A program made the translations under genes and the position numbers. A stretch of DNA of 64,000 bases from assembly GCA_965248925.1 (NCBI GenBank), contig CBDFLE010000006.1:3104001-3168000 (forward strand), given 5' to 3'. Below the pieces are notes generated by a model. The model made no database searches and was not told the DNA's origin. It saw only the letters and a list, made by a program, of their open reading frames with translations. Within the stretch, counting starts at the first letter, position 1, and each line of letters begins with the position of its first letter. This document shows, piece by piece, positions 55,001 to 64,000 of the stretch. The DNA comes from Candidatus Multivoradales bacterium. GTDB taxonomy: Bacteria; Acidobacteriota; Thermoanaerobaculia; Multivoradales; J023.

Positions 55001-56665
55001 GGAGATTGCTTGGCCGTTGGCGTCGTAGGTGGTCAGGGTCGTTGTGCCGCCGCCGTCGATCTGGCGGGTGGGGCGCAGGGGGTGAGCCGGATCCTCATAG
55101 AACAGCCGGCTGTTGGGGCCGGTGCCGCAGCTTGGGCAAGAGCCTTCGAGCTGCTCCAGGCGAGGCTTGCGGCTCTCGGAGTCGCGGCCCAAGGTGTAGG
55201 TGGAGATCTCGCCCATCGGGTCGGTGACCGTGGTGACCATCGGCAGCTGGGGATGGTCGAAGCTCATCGACCAGCGATCGACGGCGCCGGCATCGTTGAA
55301 GTTGGCCGCGCCTTTCCACATTTGCACTACATTGCCGAAGGGATCATAGGCCCAGGAGCCCGCGATCCGCTCGCTAGCGTCTGTACCCGCCAGGCTCATT
55401 CGGGTCATGTAGCCCGGCAAGGTTGGGTCATCGTAGAGGAAAACCCAGGCGGTGCCGTCGGGTCGGTCGATGCGGGTGAGGTCTTGACCGGTGAAGGTGT
55501 AACCCCAGGTGCGGCTGGTGATTCCGTCGCTGCCGACTTCTGTAATCGAGTCCAGCCTGCCGCCCGCCGAGTAGGTGAAGGTCTCCGAGCGGCCATCGGG
55601 GAAGCTGACGGCGGTCAGCCGGCCAGTGCCATCGCGGGTGGCGGTCTTGGCGTTGCCGTTGCGGTCGGTGGTCGAGGACCATAGGCCGGTGTCGTCGAAT
55701 TGCTTCAGGGTGCCGTCTAGATCGAGCAGGGTCCAGCCGGTCGGGGTCTTGGTCAGGGTGCGGTACTCATCGCTGGGAATCGTGCGGTCGTAATCCCCAT
55801 CCATGTCCAAGTCCGTAAAGCAACGGAAAGTAGCGTAGCGAGTGAGCAGCCAGACGTTGCTGTCGTCGGGGTCGCGAGCGATTCTCTCGGCGTAATCATG
55901 GCTCCAATAGCGCCCCAACTCGGCGGTGATGCCGGCTGAGCCGGGGTAGGTCGGATGGCCAACGCCTCCCGCGTGGTAGCGCAGTAGGGCGCCGGGGCCG
56001 CTCTGCGGCGGCGAGGCGCCGCCTCCACCACCACCCGCACTGCCGCCGACCCCGCCACCTGAACCAACGCAAGAGGAGCATTCTTCATCTTCTGGGCAGC
56101 CGCTGGGCGGGGGTGGGGGTGGGCAGAGGGGCGACAGGCTGAAGTCGACTACTTGGGTGGTTTCTTTCGGGCAATGGGGGCACAAGAAGCCGACGCAGGG
56201 GCAGGCGGTGGCGGTGATCGTGTAGCTGGCCATCAGGTCGCTGCACGAGCTGGTGATGCCCCAGCTCAAGGTACCGTGATCTTCCTCGATCACCGCGCCC
56301 GAGAGACCGCAGGTGCCCAGGGTACCGCCGCCGCTGGGGGTCACCGTGACGGTGGCGAAGCTGTAGAGGAAGCCCGAGGCGCTGGGATCGTTCTGGTGGT
56401 TGCCGGAAAAGTCGATCGGCACTTCGATGGTGATGGCGCAGGATTCGATCGCCGGGTCGCAGCCAGCCTCGGGGGTGAAGGTGGCGCCGGAGATGACCGG
56501 CGTGTAGCAGCGGGAGCCGGTGGAGCAGTTCGAGGGTTGGTCAGCGAAGAATCCTTGTTCGAGGTAAGTGAGGACGCCGCTGCAGGAAGTGCCGGCTTGT
56601 GCGGGGTGGGCGTTGAAAGCGATGAGGACTATAACGAGATTCACGATCGGTCTTCTGAACTGCAT
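52085..56665 (-). pseudogene. RHS/YD-repeat polymorphic toxin with Sec signal and C-terminal HExxH domain; one in-frame TAG at 52793-52795
   Basis: YD repeats; TDHL.TP...VV*DGGFEPFG..LRFPGQW..HNVHRWY...GRY...DPLG..YA...P....DGLG; HERKH..ECDAY; ORFs 52793..56665 and 52085..52669 share a frame. Confidence 0.88.
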
Positions 56666-56853
56666 CTGGATATTCTCCTTGCTGGTTTGGCTCTCATCGC
56701 AGATTTTTAACTAGCTTCCATTCTCAGTTTCTGTGCCTTTCTCTTTTCTTGGCGATCTTCGCCAGATTCGCTGCTGGATGACGGCGTTAGCTCTTTGGTT
56801 CACGGTTAGGGACCGATCCTGTGATTGGAATCGTTCCAGAGAATACACTAAAT

Positions 56854-56871
56854 ATAGAGATTAATCTCTAT
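56854..56871. promoter_or_regulatory. Perfect 18-bp palindrome upstream of the RHS gene
   Basis: ATAGAGATTAATCTCTAT in an AT-rich stretch about 190 bp before the RHS start. Confidence 0.5.
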
Positions 56872-57266
56872 CGAATGTGATTCTCTGATCTGTATCTCGG
56901 TTAGCTGAGTTCATCGCCTCCTCACGGTTTGGCGGTCGACGGTGTCTGACCAGGGCCAGCGAATGGTTTCGCACCGAGTGTCTGAGCAGCGGCTGGCTGA
57001 CCCCGGCTGTGCCGTAGGCTGAGGCCACGACCCCCCCCTGCCAAGAAGGCCGGGAGGATCGCCCAACACCCCGTTGCCGGCGTCGGTACGCTGGCGGCCA
57101 ACCCCCCATGGAGCGCTGGACGCTCCGGTGGGGGAAGGAGTACTCGATGAGTGCAATTGAAACAGAGACCACGTCATTCTTACGCTGCCAGTCCGAGAGA
57201 GGCTCGGTCGTTTTTCTTAGCAGCATGCAATAAATCGGCGCAATTATCTTGCCCAGCGGATAGCCC

Positions 57267-57626
57267 TCACATTCGCCGGGCTCCGCCAGGGGAAAGACCT
57301 AGCGTCTGGCTCCGACGGAGTTCGGCTTGGGCGGCTTCGATCGCCGCTAACGTTAGACCCTTGGCAGAGTGCTGGACGTAGCTCAGTCGCTGCAACGCGG
57401 CTGCGGCGATGCAATTGCCCTTGCGGGGTTCCAAGAGACGACCCACAGCATTTGCGGCCTTATGGGCTGCCATCAAATCACCGCGCTCCAGCAGCAGGGA
57501 TATCAGATCGAGAGTGACTAGCGACCAGTCGAAAAGGTTGAGCGGCCAAAGAAGCTCTTCCGATTGACGCAAGGAACTCTCGGCCGCGGCGCTATTTCCA
57601 AGCCTGCGCTGGGTGCTCGCTGGCAA
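57267..57626 (-). pseudogene. C-terminal fragment of a helical TPR-like protein
   Basis: FDWSLVTLDLISLLLERG..AA...A helical pattern; no credible start. Confidence 0.4.
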
Positions 57627-58472
57627 GGCGACGAAGACCCGGCGCCGCAGCTCTACCCACTGGGCAGATGGGGCAACCTAATCGCCGACCTACGCCAAGA
57701 CAGCGATGCCTTGTTGGGCTACATGGCCGCGTCGGATGCGGATTTGTGGGAGCAGTGGGATACCCACGCCGCCGACAGCCAATGTCTGCCCAATTGGCGC
57801 AGCAAGGCCGGAGCTGAGGTGTGGCTGGTGACCCGTGAGCACGACCTGCGGCGGCAAACTTCCTTCGGTGCCATCGCCCAGCTGATCAAAACCTGGCGGC
57901 TGATGCTGAATTCCCGCGACGGCTCAGCGCCAGCCGAACTGCTGGCCAGCGTGCAGAACTTGATCCAAGAGCTGCTGCTCTTTGCCCGTGCGCCAGAGCA
58001 TTCAAATTCAACGTCCGCCCCAGATCGTAGCCGAGGCGTTGAGAACCTTGGCGATGATGCCGTACCCCGCGGCACTTCGTCCCCCATCCACGGTTCGGGG
58101 GCTACATCCCTCGTCCCCGAACCGGATCCTTTTTCAACAGCTTCTCGACAGGACTCCAACGTGAAACCAGAACGCATCCAACTCGGCATGAAAGACCTTT
58201 CTCATTGGCGGCAGGAGGGCGACTCAGCAACGTTTGTTTGCTCGCTGCAATTCGACGATCAGCAGGCGGCGCAGAATTTCTTGAAGACAATGCTGAAGAT
58301 GGCGCGGAACTTGAGCGTCGAACTCGATGTCAACCTGCGCGGTCTTAGTCTCACCCTGATTCTGCCGGCAACCCGCGAGAAGCTCAGGGAAGGCCATCTG
58401 CTACTGGCGCGCGGGGTCGAAAGCCTGGCCGGCTTGTCCGACACGGGCGTGCAACGCGAGGAATCGCGATGA
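57564..58472 (+). CDS. Chimeric ORF: unknown fragment plus pterin-4a-carbinolamine dehydratase-like domain (about 58161-58472)
   Basis: KPERIQ...L.HW......F...QF.....A..F.......V.L....L.L....L...H..LA..VE resembles PCD/PhhB fold but lacks HHP motif. Confidence 0.45.
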   Translation: MTQGTLGRGAISKPALGARWQGDEDPAPQLYPLGRWGNLIADLRQDSDALLGYMAASDADLWEQWDTHAADSQCLPNWRSKAGAEVWLVTREHDLRRQTSFGAIAQLIKTWRLMLNSRDGSAPAELLASVQNLIQELLLFARAPEHSNSTSAPDRSRGVENLGDDAVPRGTSSPIHGSGATSLVPEPDPFSTASRQDSNVKPERIQLGMKDLSHWRQEGDSATFVCSLQFDDQQAAQNFLKTMLKMARNLSVELDVNLRGLSLTLILPATREKLREGHLLLARGVESLAGLSDTGVQREESR

Positions 58473-58717
58473 GCACTTCGGCTAGAGCTGGCGAGGCGAG
58501 GAGGGTGGCACCTTGCACCCACCTTCCCCAAATAGGGTCATTCGCTAGAGGGGGGCAAGGCCAAGAAAATCCCCGACTGTAATGATGTCTGTAATCTGTA
58601 TCTATTTGAATGAGTGACTAGGCGGAGTCGCAGAGGCGGGCATGCGCGCCTCTTGTGTTTGGGGGATCAGTTTTCGATTGGGTTGTAGCGGTTCTGGCGT
58701 CAGGGTGCGAGGTGGTG

Positions 58718-59362
58718 ATGTTGCCAGAGAACGAAATAGGTATCAGTAGTAGTCCGTTTCCTGTTCTTCGGGTGGCGGAAGAGTTGTTGGTGATCGGGGC
58801 GTCGGCTGGCGGTCCGCAAGCGGTGCGCGAACTGTTGTCGGCTCTGCCGGTGGACTATCCGACGGCGGTTATCGTCGTGCAGCATATTCCCAGCCAGTTT
58901 ACCAAGGTCTTGGCGCGACAGCTCGACGACCAGCTCGATTGGTCGGTGCGGGAAGGGCGCGATGGCGATTTGTTAGCCGAGGGGCAGGTCTTCTTGGCGG
59001 CTGGAGAACGGCATCTGCTGGTGGGCCAGGATCGGCGCATAGCCCTGATCGAGGGCCCCAAGATCCGAGGCCAGCGGCCGTCGATCGACATGGCGATGAA
59101 ATCAGCGGCGCAATGCTACGGCAGCCGTTGCCGCGGCGCCTTGCTGACCGGCATGGGCGAGGACGGCGCTCAGGGTTTAGCGACCATTCGCGCCCACGGC
59201 GGCGCCACTTTTGTCCAGAATGCCGAGTCCTGTGTCGCCGTGAGCATGCCCCAAGGAGCCCTCGACCTTGGCGTGGTCGACGAGGTCGCCAGTCCCTACG
59301 ATATTGCCGCCAGTTTGGTGGCGACGGCTGCTCGGCTGCGCCTGTCGCGCTCTGCCGGCTGA
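58718..59362 (+). CDS. cheB: Stand-alone CheB-type methylesterase domain
   Basis: IGASAGG, VQHIP, RPSID, LTGMGEDGA.G, SMP; no receiver domain. Confidence 0.9.
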   Translation: MLPENEIGISSSPFPVLRVAEELLVIGASAGGPQAVRELLSALPVDYPTAVIVVQHIPSQFTKVLARQLDDQLDWSVREGRDGDLLAEGQVFLAAGERHLLVGQDRRIALIEGPKIRGQRPSIDMAMKSAAQCYGSRCRGALLTGMGEDGAQGLATIRAHGGATFVQNAESCVAVSMPQGALDLGVVDEVASPYDIAASLVATAARLRLSRSAG

Positions 59363-59364
59363 TC

Positions 59365-60447
59365 TCAGGCTTCGACCCGCGCCTCCTCTTCCATGCGCTG
59401 GGCTTGGAAGTGGCTGGTCAGCGGATCGATGATCGCATCCATATCCCCTTCGAGCACCGCGGGTAGGCGGTGCAGGGTGAGGCCAATGCGGTGGTCGGTG
59501 ACGCGGTTCTGCGGGAAATTGTAGGTCCGGATCTTCTCCGAGCGATCGCCGGAGCCGACCATCTTGCGGCGTTCCGCTGACAACTCGGCATTGGCTTTTT
59601 CCTGCTCGGCTTGCAGCAGTCGAGACTTGAGCACCCGCATGGCTTTGGCTTTGTTCTTGATCTGGCTGCGCTCGTCCTGGCAGCTGACCACCAGGCCGGA
59701 GGGCAGGTGGGTGAGGCGTATTGCCGAATACGTGGTGTTGACTCCCTGGCCACCGGGTCCCGAGGAGCAGAAGCGATCGATGCGCAGATCTTTCTCTTCG
59801 ATGTGGATTTCGACTTCCTCGGCCTCTGGCAGCACCGCCACGGTGACCGCCGAGGTGTGGATCCGTCCCGAAGCCTCGGTCTGCGGCACCCGCTGCACCC
59901 GGTGAACGCCCCCTTCGTACTTCAGCCGGCTGTAAACCCGCTTGCCTTCGATGATCGCCTCGACATCTTTGATGCCGCCAGCCTCGGATTCAGAGATGGA
60001 TATGATCTCCACCTTCCAGCCTTGGCGCTCAGCGTAGCGGCTGTACATCCGCAGTAGTTCGGCGGCAAAGAGAGTGGCTTCGTCACCACCGGTGCCGGCG
60101 CGAACCTCGAGCACTACGTTGCGCTGATCGTTGGGATCTTTGGGCACCAATTCCACCCGGATGCGGCTGTCGATATCGGCCAACCGCCGGGTCAGGCCGA
60201 CGCGCTCTTCTTGCACCATCTCGAGCAGCTCGTCGTCCTTGGGCAGGCCGGCGAGCATTTCTTCGATGTCGGTGAGTTCATCGGCGAGCTTCTTCTGCTG
60301 CCGGTAAAGCTCCACCACGGTGGCGATTTCAGCCAGCGACTTGTTGGCCTCGCGGAAGCGATTCTGGTCGCTGATCACCTGCGGGTCGGAGAGACTCTGG
60401 GTGAGTTCTTCGTAGGCGCGTTCTATTTGGTCGAGTTTCTCAAGCAT
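59365..60447 (-). CDS. prfA: Peptide chain release factor 1
   Basis: [21 protein letters not shown] (PxT), [17 protein letters not shown]. Confidence 0.97.
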   Translation of the reverse strand: MLEKLDQIERAYEELTQSLSDPQVISDQNRFREANKSLAEIATVVELYRQQKKLADELTDIEEMLAGLPKDDELLEMVQEERVGLTRRLADIDSRIRVELVPKDPNDQRNVVLEVRAGTGGDEATLFAAELLRMYSRYAERQGWKVEIISISESEAGGIKDVEAIIEGKRVYSRLKYEGGVHRVQRVPQTEASGRIHTSAVTVAVLPEAEEVEIHIEEKDLRIDRFCSSGPGGQGVNTTYSAIRLTHLPSGLVVSCQDERSQIKNKAKAMRVLKSRLLQAEQEKANAELSAERRKMVGSGDRSEKIRTYNFPQNRVTDHRIGLTLHRLPAVLEGDMDAIIDPLTSHFQAQRMEEEARVEA

Positions 60448-60606
60448 GGATGAACTCCAGCGGTGGCCGGGTGGACTCTGGGGTCGTTCGTCGCGATGCC
60501 GACGATCGGTGCGGATGGCAGGCTATATAAACGCTCGCTGAGTCACAAGGGCGGGCGGTCTCGCCAGCCGCTATGATCACCACTCACTGAAACAACGGAA
60601 GAATCG

Positions 60607-62064
60607 ATGCCGAGAATTCCACCCGCAGCCATGCCGACCCCGATCCGATGGGCGACGGCCCTCTCCTGCACCCTACTGGTGCTACCCGCTGCCTGTCGCA
60701 GCATCCCCGAGGAGTTCAGCATCCCCGAGGAGTTCAGCATCCCCGAGGAGTTGCCGACGACCGTTTCCGGCCTAGCAGTAGCCGGGTTGATCGAGCCCAC
60801 CCCGCAGCTGGGTCGCCAGCGGGCGATCGCAGCCGGCCCTTTGCCCGCCGATCCAGATCCACAGGGGCCTGCTTTGCTGTGGTCGGCAGAACTAGGTAGC
60901 GAAGCCTACGGTGGTCCCGCCATCGCTGGCGAGCTGGTGCTGGTGGGAACCAACAATGCCCATCCCCGCGACTCCGAAGTGACCGACGATCATGGGGTCC
61001 TGATGGCCTTTCGCCGCGCCGACGGTGAGTTTCTCTGGCAGCATCGCCACCCCAAACTGAAGAGTGGCCGGATCAATGATTGGCCGCTCCAGGGGGTCGG
61101 CTCGACCCCCGCCTGGGATGGGGAGCAGCTGTACTATGTTTCGAATCGTGCCGAGTTAGTGGCTCTCGACGCCGCTCAGGGAAGGCTGATCTGGAGCTTT
61201 GATTTGATCGCCGAACTTGGCGTGTTTCCCCACCACTTGGCCTCGTCCTCGCCTCTGCTGCTGGGCGAGAAGCTGCTGTTGATCACCGGCAATGGGGTCG
61301 ACCGGAGTGGCCGACCGCCGCATCCAGAGGCGCCTAGTTTCGCCGCCTTCGATCGCCGCTCGGGAGCCCTGTTGTGGAGTGACGCCTCGCCTGGCACGGG
61401 CATCTTGGATGGTCAGTGGGCGAGCCCGTCTTACGGTGTTGTCGAGGGTCGGTCGCAGGTGGTTTTTGCCGCTGGCGATGGGTGGATCTACTCCCTATCT
61501 CCAGGCGACGGGGAGCTGCTGTGGAAGTGCGACGCCAATGCCCACCTGAGCCCGGGTGAGCGACGCGAGAATCTGGTGGCGAGCGCGGTTTTCCACGGCG
61601 ACCGGGTCTATGCCGCCATCGGCCACGATCCCGAGTTAGGTGCGGGCCGCGGCCGTCTGTGGGCGATCGATGCAGGGGGCCAGGGTGACGTCACCGGCGA
61701 GCGGGTGCAGTGGTCCTACGCGGCCGAGGATTTCAGCGTCGTTCTCGGCACTCCGGCGGTTGGCGGTGGCCGGCTCTTTGTCGCCGACCTCAACGGTTTC
61801 GTCCACGCACTGGACCTTGGCAGCGGCGAAAGGCTGTGGAGTTACGACACCTTCGCTGCCATTTGGGCCTCGCCCTTGTTGGCCGACGGCAAGCTCTACG
61901 TCGGTGACGAAGATGGCGATTTGGCGGTGCTCGACGCGGCCAGCGGGGAACTTCTCGCCGAGCCCAATCTGGGAGATTCGATCTACGCTGACCCCACCGC
62001 CGCCGATGGTGTTCTCTACGTCGCCAGCCGCAGCCGGCTCTATGCCTTTTCTGGCGTGGACTAG
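60607..62064 (+). CDS. PQQ-binding-like (BamB-like) beta-propeller lipoprotein
   Basis: LPAAC lipobox; repeated A.D...G..LW motifs; SP repeats. Confidence 0.88.
   Translation: MPRIPPAAMPTPIRWATALSCTLLVLPAACRSIPEEFSIPEEFSIPEELPTTVSGLAVAGLIEPTPQLGRQRAIAAGPLPADPDPQGPALLWSAELGSEAYGGPAIAGELVLVGTNNAHPRDSEVTDDHGVLMAFRRADGEFLWQHRHPKLKSGRINDWPLQGVGSTPAWDGEQLYYVSNRAELVALDAAQGRLIWSFDLIAELGVFPHHLASSSPLLLGEKLLLITGNGVDRSGRPPHPEAPSFAAFDRRSGALLWSDASPGTGILDGQWASPSYGVVEGRSQVVFAAGDGWIYSLSPGDGELLWKCDANAHLSPGERRENLVASAVFHGDRVYAAIGHDPELGAGRGRLWAIDAGGQGDVTGERVQWSYAAEDFSVVLGTPAVGGGRLFVADLNGFVHALDLGSGERLWSYDTFAAIWASPLLADGKLYVGDEDGDLAVLDAASGELLAEPNLGDSIYADPTAADGVLYVASRSRLYAFSGVD
60699..60752 (+). repeat. 3 x 18-bp in-frame tandem repeat
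   Basis: (CAGCATCCCCGAGGAGTT)x3 encoding SIPEEF SIPEEF SIPEEL. Confidence 0.95.
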
Positions 62065-62091
62065 GTTTTTCCGGCTAGCGGATTCTCGGTG

Positions 62092-62523
62092 TCAGTCCTT
62101 GAGAATCGGCCGTACCCATTCCAGACCTAGAGACTTGCTGTTTCGCACCAGTCGCAGGTCAGCCGTCCAGAGGTCGGCCTGTAACAGCTCGGCCACCGCC
62201 AGATAGCTGGCGTCGTAGACGCTAAGAGCTGTTAGGCGACCTGCCCAGTCCAACACCGCGTGAGCCAATGCTTCGTTAGGCGGCTGGGAAGTGATCGGAA
62301 ACTCCAGCAGTGCGGTGAGGGCAGTGGTGGCAGAAGTTGAGGAGATCTGGCCAATGCCGGATGCCTTGCGGAGTGCCGAGGTGGCTTCATAGATCCATAG
62401 AGTCGGGGCAAAGATCTCGGTTCCAGCTTCGGTCAAGTCTCCCACCTGCTGTGTTGCAGATTCGGAATAGGGAGTTGGGAAGACCAACGCTACAACCACG
62501 TTGGCGGCCAGGACAGCCTTCAT
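62092..62523 (-). CDS. vapC: VapC PIN-domain toxin, first catalytic Asp replaced by Ala
   Basis: APTLWIYE, YDASYLAVAE, LWTADLRL; N-terminus VLAAN instead of VLDAN. Confidence 0.88.
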   Translation of the reverse strand: MKAVLAANVVVALVFPTPYSESATQQVGDLTEAGTEIFAPTLWIYEATSALRKASGIGQISSTSATTALTALLEFPITSQPPNEALAHAVLDWAGRLTALSVYDASYLAVAELLQADLWTADLRLVRNSKSLGLEWVRPILKD

Positions 62524-62561
62524 TCCGGCTTCATTCCGGCTTCATTCCGGCTTCATTCCGG
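62518..62561. repeat. 4 x 11-bp tandem repeat at the antitoxin-toxin junction
   Basis: (CTTCATTCCGG)x4. Confidence 0.95.
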
Positions 62562-62876
62562 TGTTTCACCGAGAATGACTGCCGAAAGCTGTTGCTCTCT
62601 TTCCCGGTGGCCCTCAGTGACAAGATCGATCGCTGTTGCGGTGTTCGTAGCTTGCAGACTCCGCCGAATCACTGCGAGCCTTTCGAGCGCCTGAACCTGG
62701 TGCAGGCGGCTGGCCTCAGTTGCCTCGATCCCTTGATCGATGAACTCCCTGACCAGAGATGAGAGCGACCGGTTCTTGTTCTTGGCCAAGCGGTCGAGCG
62801 CCTGATATTGCTGCTGATCGAGGAGCAGTTGGGTTCGATGGCGGGGCTGACGTTGCATGCTTCGAGAAGTCATCAC
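62553..62876 (-). CDS. RHH antitoxin (start possibly 62858)
   Basis: HRTQLLLD..QY..L..LA....RSLSSLVRE; upstream of vapC. Confidence 0.82.
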   Translation of the reverse strand: MMTSRSMQRQPRHRTQLLLDQQQYQALDRLAKNKNRSLSSLVREFIDQGIEATEASRLHQVQALERLAVIRRSLQATNTATAIDLVTEGHREREQQLSAVILGETPE

Positions 62877-62879
62877 TAG

Positions 62880-62903
62880 GCTTACATCGACATCGATGTA
62901 AGC
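62880..62903. promoter_or_regulatory. 11-bp inverted repeat, putative vapBC operator
   Basis: GCTTACATCGA-CA-TCGATGTAAGC. Confidence 0.7.
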
Positions 62904-62950
62904 TCAAGAGTAAGAGTGTAGAGGAGGCTTGGGGCTGGAATGACCCGGTG

Positions 62951-64000
62951 TTATTCCCCAGCCGTGGCGGCCTCTTCTGCTGGCGCCTCTTGCGGCGGTT
63001 CGCCGAGGCCGTAGAGGTTGGAGATGCCGCGCACGACGAGCATTCCGTCGGTGATCGCCGGGGTGGTCATGATTACCTCGGGCAGGCTGTTGCTGGCCAA
63101 GAGTTCGTATTCGGCGCCGGCTTTGACGACGTAAATATCGCCGTCTTCGCTGGCAAAGTAGATGCGCCCATCGGCGGCCACTGGTGAGCCGGAGAAGGCG
63201 GCGCTCCCCTTGCTCAGGCGCTGACGGTAGATCTGTTCACCGGTCTTGGCGTCGTAGCAGGTCAACACACCGTTGTTGGCGGTCATGTAGAGGTGGTCGC
63301 CATAGATCAACGGGGTTGGCATGTAGGTACCGCCGCGGGTAGTGCTCCAGGCGACGTGGGCGCTCGAGGTCTCGCCCTCGGCCAAGGTGAGGTCGCCTCG
63401 GCCACCTGGCTTGAGGGCATAGATGGGCCGCACAGGGGGGTAGCCGCCAGTGACGAAAACCATGCCGTGGCCGACCACCGGGGTGCCGACGGTGACTTCT
63501 GAGTTGGGCCCCAGCCGCCACAGCTCTTTGCCGCTCTCGGGGTCGTAGCCGCGGATCTGCTTGCTGCCGTTGGCCACCAATTCGAAACCGTCGCCGGCCG
63601 GTAGCAGGGTGGGCGTGCCCCAGGAGGGCAGGTTGTCGCGTTGGGTCTTCCACAGCTGTTTGCCGTCAGCCAAGGAGAAGGCGGCGATGAAGGAGTCGCT
63701 GCTCCTGTCGACTTGCAGGATCACCTTGCCGTCGTGGATCACCGGCGAGCTGGCGTGACCCCACTGGTAGGAAGGGTCGAAGAACCAGCCGGTGTCGAGC
63801 AGACCGAGGTCTTGCCGCCACAGCTGCTTGCCGTCCATAGCGAAAGCGTAGAGGCCCTCGGAGCCCAGGCTGGCGATGATCGTCTGCCCGTCGGTGACCG
63901 GTGAGGCGTTGGCCTGGGTGGCCTTGATGTGGTGACTGGCGCTCGGCTTGCCCGAGTGCACCGGATGGTCAAAGAGCACCTTGCCTGAGTTCTTGTCGAT
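62951..64000 (-). CDS. PQQ-binding-like beta-propeller protein (5'-truncated by window edge)
   Basis: ANASPVTDG, WGHASSPV, SWGTP, YMPTPL, FSGSPVAADG repeats. Confidence 0.9.
   Translation of the reverse strand: MDKNSGKVLFDHPVHSGKPSASHHIKATQANASPVTDGQTIIASLGSEGLYAFAMDGKQLWRQDLGLLDTGWFFDPSYQWGHASSPVIHDGKVILQVDRSSDSFIAAFSLADGKQLWKTQRDNLPSWGTPTLLPAGDGFELVANGSKQIRGYDPESGKELWRLGPNSEVTVGTPVVGHGMVFVTGGYPPVRPIYALKPGGRGDLTLAEGETSSAHVAWSTTRGGTYMPTPLIYGDHLYMTANNGVLTCYDAKTGEQIYRQRLSKGSAAFSGSPVAADGRIYFASEDGDIYVVKAGAEYELLASNSLPEVIMTTPAITDGMLVVRGISNLYGLGEPPQEAPAEEAATAGE

Noticed and set aside
45575-56665. TamAB as a dedicated exporter for the RHS toxin
   Set aside because: Convergent orientation, separated by an IS scar; tamAB is co-oriented with housekeeping eamA-tag genes
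51346-62561. Short repeats as CRISPR arrays
   Set aside because: Repeats are tandem without spacers or degenerate and irregular; no cas genes

Overview
GC-rich bacterial chromosomal DNA; gene content and protein motifs suggest Acidobacteriota/Thermoanaerobaculia, which is inference only. The backbone is housekeeping and envelope genes: xdhC-mocA, trmJ, aminotransferase, ABC-F, mrcB, uvrA-like, ptrB, prmC, tag, tamAB, prfA and PQQ-type beta-propellers. Small accessory inserts interrupt it repeatedly. These are seven type II toxin-antitoxin pairs (several with a damaged toxin), a cytochrome P460-multiheme fusion, an ECF/Ser-Thr kinase pair, and a decaying Sec-signal RHS polymorphic toxin with an HExxH tip and a lipoprotein immunity gene. 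The best candidate for an undescribed system is an AT-richer islet at about 12.0-13.0 kb. It encodes an RHH-like regulator followed by a histone-fold protein with two transmembrane helices, under a near-consensus sigma70 promoter overlapped by an inverted repeat. Two other oddities stand out: two toxin genes carry an in-frame TAG at an expected Trp codon in the identical context TAGGATGGGG, and a 4x11-bp repeat builds a chain of MKPE mini-ORFs between an antitoxin and its VapC. No rRNA, tRNA or CRISPR array was recognised. All family calls come from motif recognition by eye, not database searches.
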